From the NCBI RefSeq assembly GCF_036365525.1, contig NW_027142041.1:1116001-1180000 (forward strand): DNA of 64,000 nt, in the 5' to 3' direction. Each line of letters starts with the position of its first letter. Position 1 is the first letter of the stretch. A program made the translations under genes and the position numbers. Source of the stretch: Heterodontus francisci. Taxonomy: Eukaryota. The notes under the pieces were generated by a model, which was given only the letters and a program-made list of their open reading frames with translations, made no database searches and was not told the DNA's origin. Below, piece by piece: positions 23,501 to 35,500 of the stretch.

Positions 23501-26500
23501 GCACGTCATAACATTCAAGGCTATGGGCCAAGTGCTGGCAAATGGGATTAGGTAGACAGGTCAGGTGTCTTTAATGCATTGGTGCAGACTCGATGGGCCG
23601 GATGGCCTCTTCTGCACTGTATTATTCTGTGATTCTGTGATTTGTATCGTCCACAAATTTGGCTACAATACACATGGTCCCATCTTCCAAGTCATTAATA
23701 ATATAAACAACATGTACTGTACAGATTGATGGCTCTATTTCTGGCCATTTTGGAGTAAAGAAAGGAGTGAAACAGGGTTGTGTCCAACCGCCCCCACCTC
23801 CCCCCCCCCACTCTGTTTGGCATCTTCTTCTCCATGCTCCTGACCTTCCCTGCAGATATGAAGGGAGTCTCCTTGCACACTAGGTCAGACGGCAAGCTCT
23901 ATAATCTATCAAGGCGGGAAGCAAACAAAAAAACACATCACATCCTGATCAGAGAACTCCTCGACACTGATGATGCTGCACTAGTTGCTCACACAGGAAC
24001 TCAGCTGCAAAGACTCATGGACTTTTTTTCATTCATGGGATGTGGGCGTTGCTGGCTAGGCCAGCATTTATTGACCATCCCTAATTGCCCTTGAGCAAGT
24101 AGTGGTGAGCTGCCTTCTTGAACCGCTGCAGTCCATGTGAGGTAGGTAGACCCACAGTGCTGTTAGGAAGGGAGTTCCAGGATTTTGACCCAGCGACAGT
24201 GAAGGAACGGTTATAAAGTTCCAAGTCAGGATGGTGTGTGACTGGAGGGGAACTTGTAGGTGATGGTGTTCCCATCCATTTGCTGCCCTTGTCCTTCTTG
24301 TTGGTAGAGGTCATGGGTTTGGAAGGTGCTGTCTAAGGAGCCTTGGTGCATTGTTGCAGTGCACCTTGTAGATGGTACACACTGCTGCCACTGTGCGTCG
24401 ATGGTGGAGGGAGTGAATGTTTGTAGATGGGGTGCCAATCAAGTGGGTTGCTTTGTCCTGGATGATGTCGAGCTTCTTGAGTGTTGTTGGAGCTGCACCC
24501 ATCCAGGCAAGTGGAGGGTATTCCATCACACTCCTGACTTGTGCCTTGTAGATGGTGGACAGGCTTTGGAGAGTCCGGAGGTGAGTTACCCGCCGCAGGA
24601 TTCCGAGCCTCTGACCTGCTCTTGTAGCCACGGTATTTATATGGCTACTCCAGTTCAGTTTCTGGTCAATGGTAGCCCCTGGGATGTTGATAGTGGGGGA
24701 TTCAGCGATGGTAATGCTGTTGAATGTCAAGGGGAGACGGTTGAATTCTCTCTTGTTGGAGATGGTCATTGCCTGGCACTTGTGTGGCGCGAATGTTACT
24801 AGCCCAAGCCTGGATACTGTCCAAGTCTTTTTGTGTTTCTACACGGACTGCTTCAGTATCTGAGGAGTCATGAATGGTGCTGAACATTGTGCAATCATCA
24901 GCGAACATCCCCACTTCTGACCTTATGATTGAAGGAAGGTCATTGATGAAGCAGCTGAAGATGGTTGGGCCTAGGACACTACCCTGAGGAACTCCTACAG
25001 TGATGTCCTGGAGCTCAGATGATTGTCCTCCAACAACCACAACCATCTTCCTTTGCGCTAGGTATGACTGCAGCCAGCGGAGGGTTTTCCCTCTGATTCC
25101 AATCGATTTCAGTTTTGCTGGGGCTCCTTGATGCCATGTCGGTCAAATGCTGCCTTGATGTCAAGGGCAGTCACTCTCACCTCACCTATTGAGTTCAGCT
25201 CTTTTGTCCATGTTTGAACCAAGGCTGTAATAAGGTCAGGAGCTGAGTGGCCCTGGTGGAACCCAAACTGAGCGTCACTGAGCATGTTATTGCTAAGCAA
25301 GTGCCGCTTGATGGCACTGTTGATGACACATTCTATCAGTTTACCGATGATTGAGAGTAGGCTGATGGGGCGGTAATTGGCTGGGTTGGACTTGTCCTGC
25401 TTTTTGTGTACAGGACATACCTGGGCAATTTTTCACATTGCAGGGTAGATGCCAGTTTTGTAGCTGTACTGGAACAGCTTGGATAGGGGCGCGGCAATTT
25501 CTGGAGCACAAGTCTTCAGTACTATTGCCGGAATATTGTCAGGGCCCATAGCTTTTGCAGTATCCAGTGCCTTCAGTCATTTCTTGATATCACGTGGAGT
25601 GAATTGAATTGGCTGAAGTCTGGTATCTGTGATGCTGGGGACTTCAGGAGGAGGCCGAGATGGATCATCAACTTGGCACTTCTGGCTGCAGATTGTTGCA
25701 AATGCTTCTGCCTTATTTTTCGCACTGATGTGCTGGGCTCCCCTATCATTGAGGATGGGGATATTTGTGGAGCCACCTCCTCCAGTTAGTTGTTTAATTG
25801 TCCACCACCATTCACGGCTGGATGTGGCAGGACTGCAGAGCTTAGATCTGATCCGTTGGCTATGGGATCGCTTAGCTCTGTCTATTGCATGCTGCTTATG
25901 CAGTTTGGCATTCAGATAGTCCTGTGTTGTAGCTTCACCAGGTTGACACCTCATTTTGAGGTATGCCTGGTGCTGCTCCTGGCATGCCCTCCTGCACTCT
26001 TCATTGAACCAGGGTTGGTCTCCTGGCTTGATGGTAATGGTAGAGTGGGGGATATGCCGGGCCCCCCCCCCCACCCCCTCCCTCTACCCCTCCCCCTTGC
26101 ATCCCCTCCTCCCACCGGCACCATCCTACACCTGTGTAGGGGCCCCAACAACCCCACTGCCTTGTGGGCGTCTCGGGAGAGACCAAGGCTAAGGGAGTAA
26201 ACCCTAACAGAAAATCCGGAGCGGAACCCCGTAGGCGGTCATGTGTCACCTTTGGCATGTTTCCGGCAGTTCCTGCAGCCATACTGGTGCCAAACGTCGT
26301 GTCCTGCACTCCTTTGGACCCCACCAGAAAGGCCGAGAGGGGGGTTTTGACGACTGGGCAACTCTCAACCTCCATAAATTTGCCCAGGCATGCGCCATGG
26401 AGAGGTCACTCCATAGTTGCCTCACAGCGACTAAAACAACACGGAAGGCAGCAGTTACGGGTTATAAGTCCAGATAAATCGGCGTAGAAACTGGGCGCCA

Positions 26501-29500
26501 CGGGTTGCCTTTGTCGGTGGGAGAGGTCATTGCACCTCACTGGACAGCTAATTTCTCTGCAGCACCTGTGGAAGAGCCTGTCACTCCAGAATTGGCCTTT
26601 ATAGCCACTCCAGGCGCTGCTTCACAAACCACTGACCACCTCCAGGCGCGTATCCATTGTCTCTCGAGATAAGGAGGCCCAAAAGAAGAAAGGTTACAGA
26701 TTGTGGTTGAGTACAATTCTGCTGCTGCTGATGGCCCACAGCACCTCATGGATGCCCAGTTTTGCATTGCTAGATCTGTTCAAAATCAATCCCATTTAGC
26801 ACGGTGATAGTGCCACACAACACGATGGACGGTATCCTCAATGTAAAGGTGGGACATCGTCTCCACAAGGACTGTGCAGTGGTCACTCCTACCAATACAG
26901 TCATGGACAGAAGCATCTGTGGCAGGTAGATTGGTGAGGACGAGGTCGAGTATGTTTTTCCCTCGTGTTGGTTCCCCCACCACCTGCCGCAGACCCAGTC
27001 TAGCAGCCATGTCCTTTAGGACTCGGCCAGCTCGGTCAGTAGTGATGCTACCGAGCCACTCTTGGTAATGGACATTGAAGTCCCCCACCCAGAGTACATT
27101 TTGTGCCCTTGCCACCCTCAGTGCTTCCTCCAAGTGGTGTTCAACATGGAGGAGTACTGAGTCATCAGCTGAGGGAGGGCGATAGGTGGTAATCAATAGG
27201 AGGTTACATTGCCCATGTTTGAACTGAGGCCATGAGACTTCATGGGGTCCGGAGTCGATGTTGATGACTCCCAGGGCAACTCCCTCCCTACTGTATACCA
27301 CTGTGCTGCCACCTCTGCTGGGTCTGTCCTGCCGGTGGGACAGGACATACCCGGGGATGGTGATGGCAGTGTCTGGGACATTGTCTGTCAGGTATGATTC
27401 CGTGAGTATGACTATGTCAGGCTGTTGCTTGACTAGTCTGTGGCACAAGCCCCCAGATGTTAGTAAGGAGGACTTTGCAGGGTCAACAGGGCTGGGTTTG
27501 CTGTTGTCGTTTCTGGTGCCTAGGTCGATGCCGGGTGGTCCGTCCAGTTTCATTCCTTTTTATTGACTTCGTAGCAGTTAGGTACAACTGAGTGGAATGC
27601 TAGGCCATTTCAGAGGGCGTGTAAGAGTTAACCACATTGCTGTGGGTCTGGAGTCACATGTAGGCCAGACCAGGTAAGGACGGCAGATTTCCTTCCCTAA
27701 AGGACATTAGTGAACCAGATGGGTTTTTACAACAATCGACAATAGTTTCATGGCCATCATCAGACTAGCTTTTAATTCCAGATTTATTAATTAAATTCAA
27801 ATTCCACCTTCTGCTGTGGTGGGATTCAAACCCATGTCTCCAGAGCAATACCTGGGTCTCTGGGTTACTAGTCCAGTGATAATACCACTACGCTACCGCC
27901 TACCCACAACTGGACTGTCTCTCCCCTGCCTGTTACTTGTTCTCCTTGATTCTAAGCATCAATAAAACTGTGGTCATGGGACAACATGTTACAAATCTGC
28001 CCTGATCACAGTAAATAACATCCCACTGGAAGTGGTTAGCAAATTTTGCTACCTTGGGTCCACAGTGACAGACAATCTGTCCCTTGATGCAGAGCTTGTT
28101 ACACACATGGGGAAAGCAGCAAGTGCCTTTGGCTGACTTGTGAAATACGCATGGTATAACACCACCCTGACCCTTAGGACCAAGCTGATGGTTTATAAGG
28201 CCTGTGTTCTCTGCACCTTGCTGTATGAGTCTGAAACATGGGTGATTTACAGCTACCAGGAAAAGAAACTCAATAATTTCCATCTTCGCTGTCTGCGGTG
28301 CATTATGGGTATATCCTGGCAGAACAAAATCACAAATGTGGCAGTCCTCTCAAAGGCAGAGCTCCCCAGCGTGTTGGCATTAATCAAACAGAGGCGGCTT
28401 TGGTGGATTGGACATGTCCGCAGGATGGAAGACAGTCTCATACCCAAGGACCATCTGTATGGTGAGGTAGCTGGGGTCAGACGACCAGTGGGGCACCCAA
28501 AGCTCCACTTCAGGGAAGCTTGTAAGCGTGACATGAAGGCTCTAAATGTCGACTGTTGCACTTGGGAGTCACTAGCTGGCAAAAGAGGGAAATGGTGACA
28601 CATTCTGTGGACTGGTGAGCACTACCATGATCACCAGTTGCTGCAGCAGCTTGGCAACAGGTGCCAACATCAGAAACAGCAACTCACAGCATCACTCAGC
28701 AGCTTCACGTGTAGCACTTGTGGCAAAACCTGCCTCTCAAGAATTGGTCTTCACAGCCATCAGCAAAGGTGCACCAAGAGAAGACACCCCACCTAAATTC
28801 TGTGTCTCCATCATCTTTCGTAGATAGACGAATGCCAACCAAATGATGAGATCCCAGCACTGATCCCTGTGGCACCCCACTAGATACAGTTTGCCAACCT
28901 ACTCTTTGTGTCCTGTGAGAAAGCCAGTCCTCTATCCATGCTAATATATTACCTCCAACACCATGAGTTCTTATCGTGTGTAGTAACCTTTTATATGGCA
29001 CCATACTGAGTGCCTTTTGGAAATCCAAATACACGATACTGACTGGATCCCCTTTATCCACCCTGCTTGTAACATCCTCAAAGAACTCTAATAAATTTGT
29101 CAAACATTATTTCCCTTTCACAAAACCATGTTGACTCTGCCTGATTGTATTCTGATTTTCTAAATTTCCTGCTACTACATCCTTAGTAATGGATTCGAGC
29201 ATTTTCCCAATGACAGATGTTCGGCTAACTGGCCGAGCGTTTTCTGCTTTCAGTCACCCCTCCTTTCTTGAATAGGGGCATGGTATTTGTGGTTTTCCAG
29301 TCCGCTGGGAGCTTTCCATAATCTAGGGAATGTTGAAAGATTATAACCAATGTACCCACTATCTCTGCAGCCACTTCTTTTAAGACCCTAGGATGCAGGT
29401 CATCCGATCCAGGGGACTTGTCAGACTTTAGTCCCATAGCTTTCCTTGTACATTTCTCCAGTAATAGTGATTGTTTTAAGCTCCTCCCCCCATTTTGACT

Positions 29501-32500
29501 CCTGATTTTCTACTATTATTTGGATGCTTTTTGCGTCTTCTACTGTGAAGACAGATCGAAAATATTTGTTCAAAGTCTCTGTCTTTTCCTTGTTATCTCT
29601 TATTAATTTCCCAGTCTCATCTTCTAAGGGACCAACATTTATTTTAGCTACTCTGTTCCTTTTTACATATTTGTAGAAGCCCCTTCAGTCTGTTTTTATA
29701 TTTCTTGCTAGTTTACTCTCATTGTCTAATTGCTCCATTTTTTTTAGTCCTCCTTTGCTAGTTTCTAAAGTTTTCCCAATCTTCTGACCTACCACTAATC
29801 TTTGCAGCATTGTACACCTTTTCTTTCGCTTTGATACTATCCTTAATTTATTAGTTAGCCACGGATGGTTCACCCTTCTCGTAGTCGTTCCTTCTCAATG
29901 GAATATATCTTTGTTGAGGGTTATAAAATATCTCCTTAAATGTCTGTCACTACTTATTCACCCTCTTCCCTTTTAACCTATTTCCATCCACATTAGCCAA
30001 CTCTGTCTTTATACCTTTGTAATTGCCTTTATTGAAGTTTAAGACACTAGTTTCAGACCCAAATTTCTCACCCTCAAACTGGGAATACTGAAGAGACCAG
30101 AATTGGTGGAATACTGAAAGGCTGGAGGAAATCACAGAGATTGAGAGGGATGAAGCCATGGAGAGATTTGAAAACAAAGATGAGAATTTTAATATTGAGG
30201 TTTTGCTTAATCAGGAGCCCATTATGTCAGTGAGTGGAGGAAAGATGGGCAAGTGTTAGGACATGGGCAACTGAGTTTTGAATGACTTCAAATTTGCAAA
30301 GGGTAGAACTAGGAAGATCAGCCTAGTGGTGGAATAGACAAGTGTAGAGGTAACAAAGGCATGAATGTGCCTTTCAGCAGCAGATGGGCTGAGACAGGAG
30401 AAGAGTCAGTGTTGTTATGAAAGTGGAAATAAGCGGTCTTAGAGTGAATATTTGGTTGAAAGCTAATTTCACTGCCTACAAGGGGAGAGGATGAATGATG
30501 GATGGGCACTTGAGAGAAATAAACTTACAGGGCATTGGGGATAGGGCTGGGGAATGGGACTGATTGGATAGCTCTGCAGAGAGCTGGCATGGACTCGATG
30601 GGCCGAAAGGCCTCTTTCTGTGCTGTTATGCTTAGCAATAACCTGCTCAATGATGCTCAGTTCCGCCAGGGCCACTCAGCTCCTGACCTCATTACAGCCT
30701 TGGTTCAAACATGGACAAAAGAGCTGAACTCAAGAGGTGAGGTGAGAGTGACTGCCCTTGACATCAAGGCAGCATTTGACTGAGTATGGTATCAAGGAGC
30801 CCCAGCAAAACTGAAGTCAATGGGAATCAGGGGGAAAACACTCCACTGGCTGGAATCATACCGAGCGCAAAGGAAGATGGTTGTGGTTGTTGGAGGTCAA
30901 TCATCTGAGCTCCAGGACATCACTGCAGGAGTTCCTCAGAGTAGTGTCCTAGGCCCAACCATCTTCAGCTGCTTCATCAATGACCTTCCTTCAATCATAA
31001 GGTCAGAAGTGGGGATGTTCGCTGATGATTGCACAATGTTCAGCACCATTCATGACTCCTCAGATACTGAAGCAGTTCATGTAGAAATGCAGCAAGACCT
31101 GGACAATATCCAGGCTTGGGCTGATAATTGGCAAGTAACATTTGCGCCACACAATTGCCAGGCAATGACCATCTCCAACAAGAGAGAATCTCACCATCTC
31201 CCCTTGACAATCAATGGCATTACCATCGCTGAATCCCCCACTATCAACATCCTAGGGGCTACCATTGACCAGAAACTGAACTGGAGTAACCATATAAATA
31301 CCGTGGCTACAAGAGCAGGTCAGAGGCTATGAATCCTGAGGTTTGTAACTCACCTCCTGACTCCCCAAAGCCTGTCCACCATCTACAAGGCACAAGTCAG
31401 GAGTGTGATGGAATACTCTCCATTTGCCTGGATGGGTGCAGCTCCAACAACACTCAAGAAGCTCGACACCATCCAGGACAAAGCAGCCCACTTGATTGGC
31501 ACCCCATCTACAAACATTCACTCCCTCCACCACCGACGTACAGTGGCAGCAGTGTGTACCATCTCCAAGATGTACTGCAGCAACACACCAAGGCTCCTTA
31601 GACAGCACCTTCCAAACCCATGACCTCTACCAACTAGAAGGACAAGGGCAGCAAATACATGGGAACACCACCACCTGCAAGTTCCCCTCCAAGTCACACA
31701 CCATCCTGTCTTGGAACTATATCACCGTTCCTTCACTGTTGCTGGGTCAAAATCCTGGAACTCCCTTCCTAACAGCACTGTGGGTGTACCTATATCCCAT
31801 GGACTGCAGCGGTTCAAGAAGGCAGCTCACCACTACTTGCTCAAGGGCAATTAGGGATGGGCAATAAATGCTAGTCTAGCCAGCGACGCCCACATCCCAG
31901 GAATGAATTTAAAAAAAAGTTTAGTTGGAGGAAATTTCTGCTGCTCTAGTGCTGATGTCAAATAAGCAGTCTGACAGTTTATGAAACAGTGGAGGGGTTG
32001 AGAGAGAGTTGGTGGTGAGGTTAGCATACGTGTGACACTGTGATTTTGGATGTCGTTGAGGGGCAGCATGTAGAGGAGAAATAGGAGGTAACAACCAGGA
32101 CTCCAAGTCACAGCTGCTCGAAAGGTCATCTATCCCTCTGTGAATTGAATAGCACTTGCCTATTTTCCTCTTTTATTTTGCTACTCTGGCAAACCACTTC
32201 GAGTCATTTATAGAATCATTGAGTCCATGCTTCACAGTGAAGATTTCCTCTCTGTTAAATCCCTGACCTTTGCTACCTTGACTGAACCCCTCAACACATG
32301 CAAAATTTTGCTTCTTTTGGACCAGATTTTAAATTATTGATATTTTTCTCTTCGTGGTGCAGTTGTCCCAGTTCTTATCCAGTCTCCGATCCTGGAACGT
32401 GTCACAGAGGGTCACACAGTGCGGTTACAGTGCACCATGTGGAACGCCGCAGTGAGAGACACTGATGTTCACTGGTACCGGGAGCTACCAGGACAAAATA

Positions 32501-35500
32501 TGGAGTGGATTTTAACACATGATATAATGAACAGCACACGACGGAGCCCAGGTTTCACTGACCGTTTCCAGTCTTCCAGAGACACCTCCAATAACAGCTT
32601 CATTTTGACAATCAAACATGTGCAGCCCAATGACACTGCCGTCTATTACTGTAAAGTGTGGGGAGATATCAGTGGGAATGGAACCCAGATCATTGTAACC
32701 AGTAAGTCCAGTTTACGTTATGTTCACTGATTTATAATAGAAATATTAAATCTGTATTCACTCCACATTTCAGAGTGGAGTTGGGAAAATGAGATGGTGG
32801 ATTTGTGTGTTTAGATTGATGATAATTCATGTCAACACAATATTAAGCACTGCAGTCTCTGAGAGATCATAAAGTATATTCAAGGACCATCAACAATCAG
32901 AATGAATGACTGCACTCTAGAATGTCTGCTGGAATGAATGGGACTGTTTGTCCCCTGGGTGAATGATATACTATGTCCCTGGGGAGAATGTGGCTTTATG
33001 TCTCCTTCTAATGATTGCAGACCATTACATTAATTACAGTGTGTATCTGTTCTAATGCTGCATGTCTGTTACTGAATTGTGTTCACCCTGCTGATATTTT
33101 ACAGAAGCCTGGACTCCAGATCTGTTTCCAATTATTCTGGGCTCTCTGCTGGGTTTCCTGCTGCTCCTGGTCATTACTGTAATCATTTTGCTTTATGTGA
33201 AACAATGGTTGTGTTGCACAAACACATCAACACAGAACAGGTAAATATAATTTATTCCATTCACAGGTGCTGTTGAGAAGTCATCTGGATGTTCTGTTGT
33301 TAATTGAACTCAGTAAATTCTATAACTCTGAGCTTATTTACATCTTTACTTTTGTCCCTTCCTTCCCTTTCTCTCTCATGATCTCTGACCTCCTCTCTCC
33401 ATCTCTCTCCATTTATCAGATTCTCTTTCTCGCTTTCTCTGCTCCTGGTGAATTGGGCAATGCCCTGATAAACACTGATGTCTTTTTTTATCTCATTCTA
33501 TTTCTGTTTCTCTGGTCCTGGTATAATGTGGAGATGGGAATGCAGCGTGTGGGGGGCAGTAACAGGTGACGATCCGGGAACATGGAAAGATGAGGATACC
33601 TGATCGATATTAATGGGCAGGCCTAATTTGAATATTGTTTCTGGATTCAATGTCTTCTCTGTAAGTAAGAAGCATGACACTGACCCTCATGATGCAATTT
33701 CTGGGGCTTCAAGGCCCAGTGAAACACTGAAATGGAGGAAGAGGTTTGGAGCTTACCACATAGAGGAAAGAAGAAGGGGAAGTGTCAGGTGGCTGTGAAA
33801 AGACGGAAGATGCCTTGCCACCACCCGCTCCCCCCACCCACCACTCTCGTTTCACAGATGCTTCCTTGATGTTCTGCTGGGTGGTCTAAGGACCAGGGCG
33901 TACCTGATATTTACCAATGGCAGAAAGAGGAAACCAGCTGCCATGACTCAGAAGGAGTGAGTAGAGATGGCAGAGGAGGTGATTGGAGATGGCAGAAGGT
34001 GTGAGTAGAGATGGCAGAAGGTGTGAGTAGAGATGGCAGAAGGAGTGAGTAGAGATAGCAGAAGGAGTGTGTAGAGATGGCAGAAGGAGTGTGTAGAGAT
34101 GGCAGAAGCAGTGTGTAGAGATGGCAGAAGCAGTGTGTAGAGATGGCAGAAGCAGTGTGTAGAGATGGCAGAGGGAGTGAGTAGAGATGGCAGAGGGAGT
34201 GAGTAGAGATGGCAGAGGGAGTGAGTAGAGATGGCAGAGGGAGTGAGTAGAAATGGCAGAAGGAGTGAGTAGAGATGGCAGAAGGAGTGAGTAGAGATGG
34301 CAGAGGGAGTGAGTAGAGATGGCAGAGGGAGTGAGTAGAGATGGCAGAAGGAGTGAGTCGAGATGGCAGAGGGAGTGAGTCGAGATGGCAGAGGGAGTGA
34401 GTAGAGATGGCAGAAGGAGTGAGTGGAGATGGCAGAAGGAGTGAGTGGAGATGGCAGAAGGTGTGAGTGGAGATGGCAGAAGGTGTGAGTGGAGATGGCA
34501 GAAGGAGTGAGTAGAGATGGCAGAGGGAGTGAGTAGAGATGGCAGAGGGAGTGAGTAGAGATGGCAGAAGGTGTGAGTAGAGATGGCAGAAGGTGTGAGT
34601 AGAGATGGCAGAAGGAGTGAGTAGAGATGGCAGAGGGAGTGAGTAGAGATGGCAGAGGGAGTGAGTAGAGATGGCAGAGGGAGTGAGTGGAGATGGCAGA
34701 AGGAGTGAGTGGAGATGGCAGAAGGAGTGAGTGGAGATGGCAGAAGGAGTGAGTAGAGATGGCAGAAGGAGTGAGTAGAGATGGCAGAAGGATTGAGTAG
34801 AGATGGCAGAAGGGGTGAATAGAGATGGCAGAGGGAGTGAGTAGAGATGGCAGAAGGAGTGAGTGGAGATGGCAGAAGGAGTGAGTGGAGATGGCAGAAG
34901 GAGTGAGTAGAGATGGCAGAAGGAGTGAGTAGAGATGGCAGAAGGATTGAGTAGAGATGGCAGAAGGAGTGAGTAGAGATGGCAGAGGGAGTGAGTAGAG
35001 ATGGCAGAAGGAGTGAGTAGAGATGGCAGGTGTGAGTAGAGATGGCAGAAGGAGTGAGTAGAGATGGCAGAAGGAGTGAGTAGAGATGGCAGAGGGAGTG
35101 AGTAGAGATGGCAGAAGGAGTGAGTAGAGATGGCAGAGGGAGTGAGTAGAGATGGCAGAAGGAGTGAGTAGAGATGGCAGTTCTCACACTTCTCAGGATT
35201 AAATTCCATTTTCCACTGCTCCGTCCATCTTACCAGCTCATCTATATCGTCCTGTTATCTAAGGCTTTCCTCCTCACTATTTACAACACCACCAATTTTC
35301 GTGTCATCTGCAAACTTACTGATCATACCTCCTATATTCACGTCTAAATCATTAATATACACTACAAACAGCAAGGTTCCCAGCACCGATCCCTGTGGTA
35401 CACCACTGGTCACAGACTTCCACTCGCATAAACAACCCTCGACCATCACCCTCTGCCTCCTGTCACTAAGCCAATTTTGGATCCAATTTGCCCTGGATCC

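Larger units (their letters stand above)
23720..28843 (+). mobile_element. Old RTE-clade LINE split by a family-A LINE (pieces 23720-24023 and 27911-28843)
   Basis: [40 protein letters not shown] continues after 27911 into the RT C-terminus and a CxxC knuckle. TGGACT is duplicated at 24018-24023 and 27911-27916. Confidence 0.85.

Noticed and set aside
32415-32421. CACAGTG heptamer inside the V3 exon
   Set aside because: It lies in the 5' part of the domain and has no nonamer at 12- or 23-bp spacing, so it is a chance match.
9157-32701. Rearranging TCR/Ig V-segment cluster
   Set aside because: Each V exon runs through a J-like strand into a splice donor. No heptamer/nonamer follows the YYC, V2 and V3 have no leader exon of their own that I can find, and there is no C exon. 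They read as consecutive exons of one gene.
33267-33569. Hydrophobic 100-aa ORF after the TM exon as a second membrane segment
   Set aside because: Pyrimidine-rich intronic sequence. Using the AG at about 33266 would need an intron of only about 26 nt.
33886-35209. 430-aa ORFs on the - strand
   Set aside because: Translation of the 22-bp minisatellite.
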